A stretch of 64,000 bases of DNA from Candidatus Poribacteria bacterium (GCA_965208325.1 OZ242326.1:1600001-1664000); one strand, 5' to 3'. Positions 29,922 through 39,611 are shown, numbered from the stretch's first letter. A program made the numbers and translations. The notes: a model not told the origin generated them from the sequence alone.

Positions 29922-31142
29922 TCATCGGTTGTAGAGATATTTGGGGGAGGTGTATTGCGGATGCGGGGGATCTTTACGCGACTGGATCGATTTTTGCCCA
30001 AATGCCGTTCTGATACAGATTGCAATGCCGATGACGCTGGCAATAATGAAGGTAAAATGCTTGATTGGAGGAATCCAAGTTGCCATCCAATAAATAACAT
30101 ATCCGGTTGTTACGGCAACAATTTTGGATCGCTTTGGAAAGATGGTTTTGCCAATGGAAAGAAAAATTGCGGTTTTGCCATAAATTGCCATCGGGAATAA
30201 AACAGACAAAGACAGCAGCACCAGTGGGATGCCGATAATCGAAAGTATTAACATCATACCGAGATAGGGAACAACGATTAACAAGATTAACGCAAGTAAC
30301 GTGCTTCCGATTGGGTGGTGGGAAATCGCGCGTGCCATGTTGTCCATTTGCCGCGGGAAGGTGGTAACGATTAGTACGTGAACGAGCGTAAGGGTCAGAA
30401 ACGTAAGCGCGCTCCAAAACCGCTTTTGTGTCGGCGTTCCCCACCATATTTCCTGTGGGTGCATCATTAATTCGATTGCAAGCAGCACATCTCTCCAGCT
30501 ATTTATTTCTTGATAGGCCTCCGCTGTCCAATCATTGTCCATCTTTCCAAGGATATTCCCCAAAACTACCGTTACCCTTCCCGGAATCTGCGCATGATCG
30601 TAGATTTCAAGCCTATCCGCTGCTTTTCTTATGATATACGTCTTCCTATTGTCTTCATCATTTATCATCCATTTGCTGCGTTTATTTGCGACCGACACGG
30701 TGACACTTTCAGAAAGTGAAAAACCGTTTTTCTTAAACGCTTGCCGAAAGTCCGCAAGGATGAGCCCATTTTCTAAATTCTTTCTTAACTGAGAATCCAC
30801 GCTGAACAGTAACGCACGATCTTGGAATTCGACATCTCCACTCAAGACGAATATGTTACCGTTCACCCGTCCCCGAATCTTTGCCGTACCTCCGATTAAA
30901 ACAATGCTATCCACAGTTTCTGTTGTACCGAGATCAAAATCTCCGAACCGCACAACCCGATTCCGATTAACGGTTTTAACGTTGGGTTCTAACGGCCTTG
31001 ATAGCGTTGCTCGTGCTAAAGTGTCATCCTTTGGCGAAGAGTCCGTCGAAGCAGAAGGATTGGTTTGGCTGGGGCTTACTTGAGGATTGAGGATTTGAAA
31101 GCACAACCACAAGGTTACGACTAAAAATTTAGTTTTCCTCAT
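29922..31142 (-). CDS. Membrane protein with beta-helix (polymer-forming cytoskeletal-like) repeats, an inserted 71-aa module and a multi-TM C-terminus
   Basis: Signal peptide; VVRFGDF...IVLIGG..KIRGRVNGNIFVLSGDV repeats; LSIIGIPL TM motif. Confidence 0.75.
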   Translation of the reverse strand: MRKTKFLVVTLWLCFQILNPQVSPSQTNPSASTDSSPKDDTLARATLSRPLEPNVKTVNRNRVVRFGDFDLGTTETVDSIVLIGGTAKIRGRVNGNIFVLSGDVEFQDRALLFSVDSQLRKNLENGLILADFRQAFKKNGFSLSESVTVSVANKRSKWMINDEDNRKTYIIRKAADRLEIYDHAQIPGRVTVVLGNILGKMDNDWTAEAYQEINSWRDVLLAIELMMHPQEIWWGTPTQKRFWSALTFLTLTLVHVLIVTTFPRQMDNMARAISHHPIGSTLLALILLIVVPYLGMMLILSIIGIPLVLLSLSVLFPMAIYGKTAIFLSIGKTIFPKRSKIVAVTTGYVIYWMATWIPPIKHFTFIIASVIGIAICIRTAFGQKSIQSRKDPPHPQYTSPKYLYNR

Positions 31143-31218
31143 TTGACAACCTGACGGGGGAATAGGAACCGGCGAAATACGTGCAAGTCATGGGGGTCTA
31201 TAGCTTGCTTCCGCTCTA

Positions 31219-31327
31219 TGTCCACATATTGTGTTAAATATTGTGACTAATCACAATATATTGCCAACGCCAAAGTGGCATACACTATATGTTGGGGCAT
31301 TATGAATTGAACAACTACATATTGAAT
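31219..31327. promoter_or_regulatory. Four phased NrdR-box-like palindromes
   Basis: tgtCCACATATTGtgt (31219), tcaCAATATATTGcca (31251), acaCTATATGTTGggg (31282), caaCTACATATTGaat (31312); spacings 32, 31 and 30 bp. Confidence 0.65.
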
Positions 31328-31328
31328 T

Positions 31329-31357
31329 ATGATAAAGCAATTCAAGTCTTTTGTCAA
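31329..31357 (-). promoter_or_regulatory. Sigma70-type promoter reading through the box array
   Basis: TTGACA (31357-31352)-17 nt-TATCAT (31334-31329). Confidence 0.6.
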
Positions 31358-31523
31358 GCATTTCCTTTGTGTTTTAGAGGATATAACATAAGTTGAAAAT
31401 GTTTGTAAATTAAAAATCTGAATTTCTACAAAATACCGGCGACTTACCGTATCATTTTTAATTATATTGGATAGCCAACGATTACTTCCGAGTATGCAAA
31501 TTAACCGTTCAACTTTTGAAAAA

Positions 31524-31552
31524 TTGACACTAAATCGAAAGTCTGTTACTAT
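31524..31552 (+). promoter_or_regulatory. Sigma70-type promoter of 31600..32292
   Basis: TTGACA-17 nt-TACTAT with extended TG. Confidence 0.6.
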
Positions 31553-31599
31553 TTCACCGTCAACACAGTCAGACTAAACTCGAAAAGGCAGCAATGTAA

Positions 31600-32292
31600 A
31601 TGAATGCCCAGCGCGCCGCAAACGACATTATTGATTTTATACGCCAGCACATCCTCCGTCACGCCACCAAACCGGCAGAAAGACAGACCACTGAAAACAT
31701 TTGGGCGCTCCGCAGCCATCTACACGCGCTTCACCACTACTTCATGCGATCCAGTCTTCCGACAGATTTACCTGCACACGTCGAGGCAATGCTTGCGACT
31801 AGTTCGGGGTTTTGGAAGCTGCTTTCCGATAATGAAGTCACCTTGATGAATCTCAAAGATTATTCGAACGTCCGAACGCTCTCTGCTGAAGCTGAGGGAC
31901 TGGTCAACCTCGAAGAGCTAATTTCGGGAGAAGACACGCTGCGCGATGTAATCATTAACGGTATTGCATTCATGCTAAACTGGAAATCTAACACGCTTTG
32001 GATTGATTCTGCAAAACGCGCGCGTCGAGCGATGACTCAAAACTATATGCTTGAGATTCAAGATCGGATTTGGCAATTTGTCAAAGAAGGTGCTGACAGT
32101 ACCGGGGAGATTGACTTGGCACGGGCGAATCAGATACGTCAACGCGCTGAAGATTTTTCACGTATGATTCAGGAGAGTACGCTCACGGTTGAAGTGCAGG
32201 TCGTTTTGCTTATGCAGATTTATTCGTTATTGATACGCCTTCAACTCGGCAAACTGATCGTCAGGCTTGAGGAGATTTCCGAAAACCATTAG
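31600..32292 (+). CDS. Hypothetical alpha-helical protein
   Basis: 230-aa ORF with its own promoter; no motif recognised. Confidence 0.7.
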   Translation: MNAQRAANDIIDFIRQHILRHATKPAERQTTENIWALRSHLHALHHYFMRSSLPTDLPAHVEAMLATSSGFWKLLSDNEVTLMNLKDYSNVRTLSAEAEGLVNLEELISGEDTLRDVIINGIAFMLNWKSNTLWIDSAKRARRAMTQNYMLEIQDRIWQFVKEGADSTGEIDLARANQIRQRAEDFSRMIQESTLTVEVQVVLLMQIYSLLIRLQLGKLIVRLEEISENH

Positions 32293-32440
32293 GTTAACAC
32301 GTCTAAAACCCATGGGCGGCGAAAGTGGGAGAGATTGAAGAATGTGAATGCTCTTCAGACTCAAGCCAGACGAGTTGCAACCGTTTATTACGCTTGCAAA
32401 GAAGAGTCATGCCTCGCGGCAGGCTTAGGATTAGAATCAA

Positions 32441-33364
32441 ATGCGAACGCAAACGCCAATGGGACACCATACCTGTTGGGACTTTACACTCATCGCCAAC
32501 CCGGTTGCGGGAAAAGGCAAAGCAGCCGTAATTGCCGAGAAAGCCTATCGCCGACTCACGGGGCAAGGGTTAAAAGGCGTAATTGAGTTTACAACTCAAC
32601 CGGGTGATGCGAATCGCATTGCTCGGGAAATTGTTCAAAACGGTGGGCGGTGGATCATTGCATGCGGCGGTGACGGGACAGTGCATGAGATTGTCAACGC
32701 AATTGCAGAAAAGCCCGATGTTGTATTGGGGATGCTTCCGTGCGGTAAGGGAAACGACCTCGCAGGAGCATTAGGAATTCCAAAATCGCTCGCTTCCGCA
32801 GTTGACGTACTTTTGTATGGAGTTACTCGCCAGATTGATCTCGGGAGAATTGGAAATCGTTATTTCGATACAATTGTAACATGCGGTTATGATTCTGAAG
32901 TGAACCGGCGTGTTGCCGTAGAGGGGGCACCCTTCTCCGGAACTCTGTCTTATGTCTACACCGCAATTACAACGCTTTTCAGTTTTGAATCGCCTTCCGC
33001 TCGGGTTGAGGGAGACTTCGGGGTTTATGACGGGGGCATCCTGCTCACTGCAACGGGAAATACGCGCCGCTATGGCGGTGGGTTGACGATTTTACCGGAC
33101 GCAGTTCTCGACGACGGGCTTCTTGATGTCTGCATCATCAAACCAGTTCCACGCAGGACGGTGCTGTGCATGATGATTTCGCTGTTTTGGGGCGGACATA
33201 CGTCGCACCCCGCTGTGAGAATACACCGAACCAAATCGTTAACCATTCATGCAGATCCGCCAATCCTGCTTTTTGCTGATGGAGAACAGGTGTGTTACAC
33301 GCCTGCGACCATTCAAGTTGTCGAACGCGGCCTGACGGCTCTAGCGTCGCCTGATGCGAGGTAG
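32441..33364 (+). CDS. Diacylglycerol/lipid kinase family (YegS/DagK)
   Basis: ANPVAG, GGDGTVHE, PCGKGNDLA, DDGLLDV, DGE motifs. Confidence 0.92.
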   Translation: MRTQTPMGHHTCWDFTLIANPVAGKGKAAVIAEKAYRRLTGQGLKGVIEFTTQPGDANRIAREIVQNGGRWIIACGGDGTVHEIVNAIAEKPDVVLGMLPCGKGNDLAGALGIPKSLASAVDVLLYGVTRQIDLGRIGNRYFDTIVTCGYDSEVNRRVAVEGAPFSGTLSYVYTAITTLFSFESPSARVEGDFGVYDGGILLTATGNTRRYGGGLTILPDAVLDDGLLDVCIIKPVPRRTVLCMMISLFWGGHTSHPAVRIHRTKSLTIHADPPILLFADGEQVCYTPATIQVVERGLTALASPDAR

Positions 33365-33397
33365 GAGGATAGACGGCGGGCAATACACCAGTAGACG

Positions 33398-34585
33398 CTA
33401 GAATGCCGCCTCAAACAGACGTTTCATGTCAGTTTCATTGCACGGACGGGGGTTAACCTTGTAACAGTGATCGAGCATGGCGTCTTTCGCTAGCCTCGGA
33501 ATGTGTTCTTTTTTCAAGCCTGCCTCGCCCAAACCAGTGGGCATTCCTAGCTCTCTGTTCAACAAATGTATTTTCTCAATTGCCGCACGAGCCATTTCTT
33601 CCTTTGAATTGCCCGGTGCACTCACACCTAAGGCAGCGGCGACTTCCGCATAGCGATCTACGGCATACGTTAAATTAAACGCCATAACATGCGGCAGCAG
33701 GATTGCATTCGCTATGCCATGTGGAATATTGGCTTCCTCTGACGACAGTTGATGGGCGAGCGAGTGAACTGCGCCAAGCCCTTTCTGGAATGAGACTGCT
33801 GCCATTGAAGCGGCGAGTAACATCTCGCCGCGCGCCTCAATATCGTTGCCGTGATGATAGACGCGGCAGATGTTTCTGCCCAGCATCCTCAAGGTTTGCA
33901 GCGCGATTCCCTCCGAAATAGGGTGATACCGTGTCGCTACATAAGCCTCTACGCCATGTGTAACGGCATCCATACCTGTCGCCGCAGTCAAGGCGGGCGG
34001 CATACCCAGCGTCAATTCCGCATCTAGCAGCGCTAGGGATGACATCATGTGCGGCGAGACTATCGCACGTTTGCGCCACCGGTCGGTCGTTTGGTGTGTA
34101 GTGTCAGTAATGATTGCGGCTTGCGACACCTCGCTGCCGGTTCCGGCGGTTGTTGGCACGGATATTAGCGGCGGAAGGTTGCCGGTAATGTTTTCAATAC
34201 CTCCCCCATCAAGAAAGTAGCGTTCTAACGGAGGTTCGTGTGTTGCGAGCAGGCGAATCGCCTTCGCCGCGTCCATCACACTTCCGCCGCCGATGGCAAT
34301 CACTAAATCGCACGCTTCAGCGCGGTAAACTTCAAGTCCCTTGAGCGCCATGCGGTCTGTGGGGTTGGGCTCAATTTCGTCGAAAACTACATGGTGGATT
34401 TGTTTGCTTGCTAATGATTTTACGGCATTGGATAAAATGCCCGCCCTTACAACGCCCGCGTCGGTTGCGATGAACGGTTTTTTCTTACCAAACGATTTGA
34501 CGTGATTTCCCAAGTTGCCGATTGCCCCAACCCCGAACTCAATTCGCGGGGGTAAGAAGTAATTAATAATTGCATGATATGTCAT
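33398..34585 (-). CDS. Iron-containing alcohol dehydrogenase
   Basis: GGGSVMD, PTTAGTGSE, DAVTHGVE, HSLAH, HG.ANA motifs. Confidence 0.93.
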   Translation of the reverse strand: MTYHAIINYFLPPRIEFGVGAIGNLGNHVKSFGKKKPFIATDAGVVRAGILSNAVKSLASKQIHHVVFDEIEPNPTDRMALKGLEVYRAEACDLVIAIGGGSVMDAAKAIRLLATHEPPLERYFLDGGGIENITGNLPPLISVPTTAGTGSEVSQAAIITDTTHQTTDRWRKRAIVSPHMMSSLALLDAELTLGMPPALTAATGMDAVTHGVEAYVATRYHPISEGIALQTLRMLGRNICRVYHHGNDIEARGEMLLAASMAAVSFQKGLGAVHSLAHQLSSEEANIPHGIANAILLPHVMAFNLTYAVDRYAEVAAALGVSAPGNSKEEMARAAIEKIHLLNRELGMPTGLGEAGLKKEHIPRLAKDAMLDHCYKVNPRPCNETDMKRLFEAAF

Positions 34586-34745
34586 ATTTGCTTCCTTGTT
34601 TTAAGATGAATAATAACGGTTTTGGAAGAAAACACGGTAATTTTTTCGTGGGCGGCGAAAATTTCTAGTCAAGATTTTCAATTCATTTCGATTGTATGAA
34701 AAAACAATCGGGCCGTATCTTCTCTCTACTGGCTGTTTACGGTTC

Positions 34746-36143
34746 TCATGCCGTATGCTTATTCTTAAAATCCTGGCTATTTAATCCATAGTTCTGCATA
34801 CGGTTTTGCAGTTGGCGCCGGGAGATTCCCAAGAGTTCAGCAGCTTTAGTCTGGTTGCCGCGGCTTTGCCTCAAGGCTGTACGGATGTATTCCATCACAA
34901 TTTCTTCCAGTGAAACGCCTTCCTCTTGAATTTCAACGAGAACGTTTGACGGCGGCAAGGAACTATCCGAAATTTCGAGCGGCAAATCTTCGATATCGAT
35001 TACATCCCCTTCTCGAAGCACGAATGTTCTTAACAAGCAATTTTCCAATTGCCGCACATTACCCGGCCATTCGTATCGGCGAAGCGCTGACATCGATCTT
35101 GGCGTCATACGCTTCGGCATTGCATCCGGATATTCTTCGCTGAATTTTTGGAGGAAGAAATCAACTAAAATTTGAATGTCGCTTTTCCTTTCACGGAGCG
35201 GGGGCATCTGAAGTTGAATGACATTTAAGCGAAAATAGAGATCTTCACGGAACGCACCTGCTTCGACCGCCGCTTGCAAATCTTGATTTGTCGCGGCAAT
35301 GACACACACATCAACTTTAATGGGTTCGATTCCCCCCACTCTCATAATCTCCCGGTCCTGCAGAACGCGCAGAAACTTGCTCTGTGCAGACATGGAGATG
35401 TCCCCTATTTCATCGAGGAAAATTACCCCGCCGCTTGCGACCTCGAACAGCCCTTTCTTCTGGCGGTCCGCTCCCGTAAAGGAGCCCTTTTCATGCCCGA
35501 ACAGCTCGCTTTCAATCAACTCGTGGGGCACAGAACTACAGTTGACCGCGACGAATGGCTGATCTTTCCGCTTCCCTTTTTCATGGATGGCTCTTGCAAC
35601 CAAATCCTTTCCAGTGCCGGTCTCTCCTGTGATTAAAACTTGATTGACGCCTCGATGAATAATGCGGGACATGGTTTTAAACAACTGATTCATTCGTTCG
35701 CTCTGACCGATAATCCGCTCGAAGTGAACCATTTGTACGGGTTGATTTACTTCCTTGGGTTTACCATCAGTAAGCGCACCCCGCTCTTCTAACGCGCGTT
35801 TAATCTGCGTTTTAAGTTCATCGTTATTGATGGGTTTCTGAAGATAATAGAATGCGCCTTCACGGGCTACCAAATCAACTGCATCCTTTAATTCGGCGAA
35901 AGCTGTCACGATGAGTACGGGCAGGTCTGGATCCGTCTCCTTAATTTCGCGCAGGAGGTCTCGCCCTGTCATCCCGGGCATTCGCATGTCACTGATGACC
36001 AGGTCAAACATCGTGCCTTCAATTTTTTCAAGCGCGTTGAGGCCGTTTTCCGCTAACGTCACCTCGTAACCTTCACGTTCCAATATGCGCTGTAAAACTT
36101 TTCGCTGCCCCGATTCATCCTCAACAACTAAAATTGATGGCAT
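34746..36143 (-). CDS. Sigma-54-dependent response regulator (NtrC family)
   Basis: REC domain (DMRMP), GETGTGK, ELFGHEKGSFTGA, WPGNVRQL, Fis-type HTH. Confidence 0.93.
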   Translation of the reverse strand: MPSILVVEDESGQRKVLQRILEREGYEVTLAENGLNALEKIEGTMFDLVISDMRMPGMTGRDLLREIKETDPDLPVLIVTAFAELKDAVDLVAREGAFYYLQKPINNDELKTQIKRALEERGALTDGKPKEVNQPVQMVHFERIIGQSERMNQLFKTMSRIIHRGVNQVLITGETGTGKDLVARAIHEKGKRKDQPFVAVNCSSVPHELIESELFGHEKGSFTGADRQKKGLFEVASGGVIFLDEIGDISMSAQSKFLRVLQDREIMRVGGIEPIKVDVCVIAATNQDLQAAVEAGAFREDLYFRLNVIQLQMPPLRERKSDIQILVDFFLQKFSEEYPDAMPKRMTPRSMSALRRYEWPGNVRQLENCLLRTFVLREGDVIDIEDLPLEISDSSLPPSNVLVEIQEEGVSLEEIVMEYIRTALRQSRGNQTKAAELLGISRRQLQNRMQNYGLNSQDFKNKHTA

Positions 36144-36166
36144 ATAGAATCCCCCTTTCCGAACCG

Positions 36167-37900
36167 TCAATCACCGATATCGGCCGCGCTCAACGGAAAA
36201 GTAACCATAAACGCAGTTCCCATCCCAACCTGACTCTTGAACTCAACCTCTCCGTGATGCGCCATGATGATTTGATGTGAAATTGCAAGTCCCAGCCCCA
36301 TACCGCCATCTTTCTCTTTCGTTGTGAAATAGGCGTCGAATATGCGTTCTTGAATCTCATTCGGAATGCCGATGCCTGTATCACGAATTTCCAAAGCAAC
36401 CTGTTTCGCGCCGCCGATTGGCATTTCCAGTTCGGTGGTGATGTAAATGCTGCCGCCTTTAGGCATGGCTTGAATACTGTTGCGGATAAAATTAAAAATA
36501 GCTTGCCGAATCAACCCTGCATCAAGGTTTAGGCGGGGAAGATTTTCATATTTTTTGACCACTTGGACGTTGGCATTCTCCATCGTAAGTGTAAATTCCG
36601 CTAGCACCCGATCCAGGAGTTCATTGAGTTTGGTTGGCTCAAGATTAAGTTCCTTGGGGCGGTTCAGTGTCAAGAACTGTTCAGAGATATGCCTCAACTG
36701 TTCAATCTCATAATTGACTATATTCAGAAACTCTCTCGTTTCTTCAATATCTTGCGGTTTTATCTCCTTTTCCGAGAAGAGGTCCTTAAGATGTTGAGCG
36801 GTCATTCCGATAGTATTAAGCGGATTTCGGATTTCGTGGGCAACTCCCGCCGCAAGTTGTCCAAGCGCGGCGATTCGCTTCGACTGAGTCTGTTGTAATT
36901 GCCGCAGCATTCGCACAAGGGTTGCGGTGATGCGGCTAATTTCGCCCGATGAATAGGATTCCGGTACGGATTCCAATTCGCCGGATTCTGCACGTTTTAT
37001 TATCTCCATCATTCGCTCAAGTGGCCGGATGATAAGACGAGTTGTTGTCATGTCAATGATAATCACAAGTAATACACTAACGATAATGACCGATAGGAGG
37101 TGCATCTGACGCGAATTTGTGATTAATCTGGCAATGTCGGGCACCTCAAAAAGGACTTGGATATATCCTTTTATCTTTGGGGAAGTATCTTTATCTATGA
37201 GGAAACTGAGTCGATCTTCATATTTCCATACGACATATCTCTGGTCGTTAACTGTGTCAGTGATTAGCCAGCGTTTGCCCTTCTCCGTACTTGCCACATT
37301 AACATCCTGGGATAGTATAACCTCTTGGCTATCAAGCTCATGCCTAAGCGCCTCTGAAATAGTCTCGTTTTCCAAGTCGCTTTGGTGGTGCAAACCAACG
37401 CTAGCTTCCAGCGACAAATCTGGTTGGATATAAAGTTGCACCTCGTAAGGAATGATTACCGCCGTTGCATATTTGTTGCCGTTAATCGGGGGCGTATCAT
37501 ACACCGTCACACCGTTCAGGTCAATCTCAAGTCGGTCTTGCGCATTCAAGTTAATGCGATCTTCGGCATTGTTGTTTGGAACAAGGCTTGCCTGAATTCG
37601 AGAATCGCCGACTGTGACGTGAATGTCCAATATGTTTTCCATATGCTGAGGATCCAATGCCCGTAATGCGTATTCGATTTCATTCCGCTTAAATTCTTGC
37701 CACCGTTCAATTTCAGCTTCAATGCGAGGTCGTACAGTTTTTTCCGCGATTCCTTTGAAGACCGCCCCTCTTTTTACTCCGCCGTCGTGCAGTATTTTCA
37801 AATCCCTCCGCGCAATGAAATCATCATACCAATAAAAAGACACTAAAATCGCCAAGACAGATAGGTTTACAATTAGCGCATACTTCCATTGCAAACGCAT
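36167..37900 (-). CDS. Membrane sensor histidine kinase
   Basis: Two TM segments, HAMP, AHEIRNPL, DTGIGI, FTTK..GG.GLGL. Confidence 0.93.
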   Translation of the reverse strand: MRLQWKYALIVNLSVLAILVSFYWYDDFIARRDLKILHDGGVKRGAVFKGIAEKTVRPRIEAEIERWQEFKRNEIEYALRALDPQHMENILDIHVTVGDSRIQASLVPNNNAEDRINLNAQDRLEIDLNGVTVYDTPPINGNKYATAVIIPYEVQLYIQPDLSLEASVGLHHQSDLENETISEALRHELDSQEVILSQDVNVASTEKGKRWLITDTVNDQRYVVWKYEDRLSFLIDKDTSPKIKGYIQVLFEVPDIARLITNSRQMHLLSVIIVSVLLVIIIDMTTTRLIIRPLERMMEIIKRAESGELESVPESYSSGEISRITATLVRMLRQLQQTQSKRIAALGQLAAGVAHEIRNPLNTIGMTAQHLKDLFSEKEIKPQDIEETREFLNIVNYEIEQLRHISEQFLTLNRPKELNLEPTKLNELLDRVLAEFTLTMENANVQVVKKYENLPRLNLDAGLIRQAIFNFIRNSIQAMPKGGSIYITTELEMPIGGAKQVALEIRDTGIGIPNEIQERIFDAYFTTKEKDGGMGLGLAISHQIIMAHHGEVEFKSQVGMGTAFMVTFPLSAADIGD

Positions 37901-37901
37901 G

Positions 37902-39389
37902 CTAACTCAACACCTTTCCTACAGCTGCCCGCCATGCTTCCAGCTTTTCCGTTCTTTGACGCGCGGATAATTGAGGGGAGAAAACTGTGTCTATTTTGCG
38001 GTGCGATTCCAAGTCCTTGACACTGTGCCAAATACCGACCGTAAGCCCCGCGCAGTAACCTGCCCCAAGTCCTGTTGTTTCGGTTTGGGTTGGAAGCTCG
38101 ACATCAATTCCTAAAACGTCTGCCTGAATCTGCATCAGGAGATTGTTTGCGGCGGCTCCACCGTCAACGCGCAGTCGGTCCAACTCAATCCCTGCATCGG
38201 CAACCATCGCTGTGACAACGTCGGTTGTCTGAAACGCGATCGATTCGAGTGTCGCCCGGACTATGTGCGCGCGGGTCGTTCCGCGAGTCAAACCGAGAAT
38301 CGCTCCCCGTGCGTTCGAATCCCAATACGGCGCGCCAAGTCCGGTAAATGCGGGAACGACGAAAACGCCGCCTAAATCCGCAACACTGGCGGCAATAGTT
38401 TCAGTTTCTGAGGCGGATTTGATGACCTGCAGTCCATCTCTCAACCACTGTATTGCGGCTCCGGCGATAAACACGCTGCCTTCAAGCGCGTAAACCGGTT
38501 TTTCATCCATACCGCACGCCAAGGTGGTCAATAATCCCGACTTTGAATGGACGCGCCTGTCTCCGGTGTTGAGCATCAAAAAACAACCGGTGCCGTACGT
38601 ATTTTTCGCCATTGGCGGCTGTGTGCAGAGTTGTCCAAATAACGCGGCTTGTTGATCACCGGCGATTCCGGAAATCGGGATGCCGTTCGGTAAAGGGTCG
38701 ATATTCTTCGTTTTACCAAAAACGCTCGCAGAGGGTTGCACTTCGGGTAAGACGCGTTTAGGCACACGAAACTCGGCTAACAGCTCATCGTCCCATGCGA
38801 GGGCGTCGATGTTGAACAACATCGTGCGAGACGCGTTCGTATAGTCCGTTGCATGAACTTCGCCTGCAGTCAAATTCCATAGAAGCCATGCGTCAATTGT
38901 ACCAAAAGCGAGTTCTCCGCGTTCAGCGCGCCCGCGAGCGCCATCGACGCTATCTAATATCCACGCAACCTTTGTCGCGGAGAAATACGCGTCAAGCACC
39001 AATCCGGTTTTGGCGCGTACGCAATTTTCAACTCCCCGCGCCTTTAAATCTTCGCACACCCCGGATGTGCGGCGGCATTGCCACACGATTGCAGGATGAA
39101 TCGGTTTTCCTGTACTCCGATCCCACACCACCGTGGTCTCACGCTGATTTGCTAAACCAATTGCCGCAATTTGCTGCGCAACTCCGTGGGCGTTGACGAG
39201 ATTGGTTATGACGTTGCGGGTTACTTCCCAGATTTCCGTGGCATCATGTTCGACCCAGCCGGGGTGAGGATACCGCTGGGTAAATTCGCAATAGCCGCGC
39301 GCCGCAATTTCTCCGTATGTATCGATAAGTAACACTGTCGATCCTGTTGTACCCTGATCGATTGAGAGAATGTAACGGCGCCTCGCCAT
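37902..39389 (-). CDS. glpK: Glycerol kinase
   Basis: DQGTT, NQRETT, WQCRRT, DAYFSATK, GDQQAALFG, KNTYGTGCF, YALEGS motifs. Confidence 0.95.
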   Translation of the reverse strand: MARRRYILSIDQGTTGSTVLLIDTYGEIAARGYCEFTQRYPHPGWVEHDATEIWEVTRNVITNLVNAHGVAQQIAAIGLANQRETTVVWDRSTGKPIHPAIVWQCRRTSGVCEDLKARGVENCVRAKTGLVLDAYFSATKVAWILDSVDGARGRAERGELAFGTIDAWLLWNLTAGEVHATDYTNASRTMLFNIDALAWDDELLAEFRVPKRVLPEVQPSASVFGKTKNIDPLPNGIPISGIAGDQQAALFGQLCTQPPMAKNTYGTGCFLMLNTGDRRVHSKSGLLTTLACGMDEKPVYALEGSVFIAGAAIQWLRDGLQVIKSASETETIAASVADLGGVFVVPAFTGLGAPYWDSNARGAILGLTRGTTRAHIVRATLESIAFQTTDVVTAMVADAGIELDRLRVDGGAAANNLLMQIQADVLGIDVELPTQTETTGLGAGYCAGLTVGIWHSVKDLESHRKIDTVFSPQLSARQRTEKLEAWRAAVGKVLS

Positions 39390-39611
39390 GCTATCGGCTC
39401 CACGGAATTGAATCGACCGTCTCTTGGTATTTGTGAGGTCTTTTTCGGCAGATCTTGGAGGAACTGTACAAATGTAGGTGAGGAATGCGCCAATTCCTTG
39501 TTCGCCAACCCGGTTGAGGACAATTTACACGGCTCATACACAGCCGTGGACAAGGAATGATTGCCAATATCAATATGATGACACTATATCACAGAGGTAA
39601 GTGACCGTCAA
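39390..39611 (-). promoter_or_regulatory. glpK promoter and ~185-nt structured 5' leader
   Basis: TTGACG (39611-39606)-17 nt-TATAGT (39588-39583); several perfect inverted repeats in the leader. Confidence 0.5.

Noticed and set aside
30600..30812. Intein
   Set aside because: No N-terminal Cys/Ser or C-terminal His-Asn, and shorter than a mini-intein.
39391..39573. 60-aa leader peptide, 6S RNA or IscB omega-RNA remnant
   Set aside because: The ORF has no RBS and atypical composition; the 6S and HEARO consensus elements were not convincingly present.
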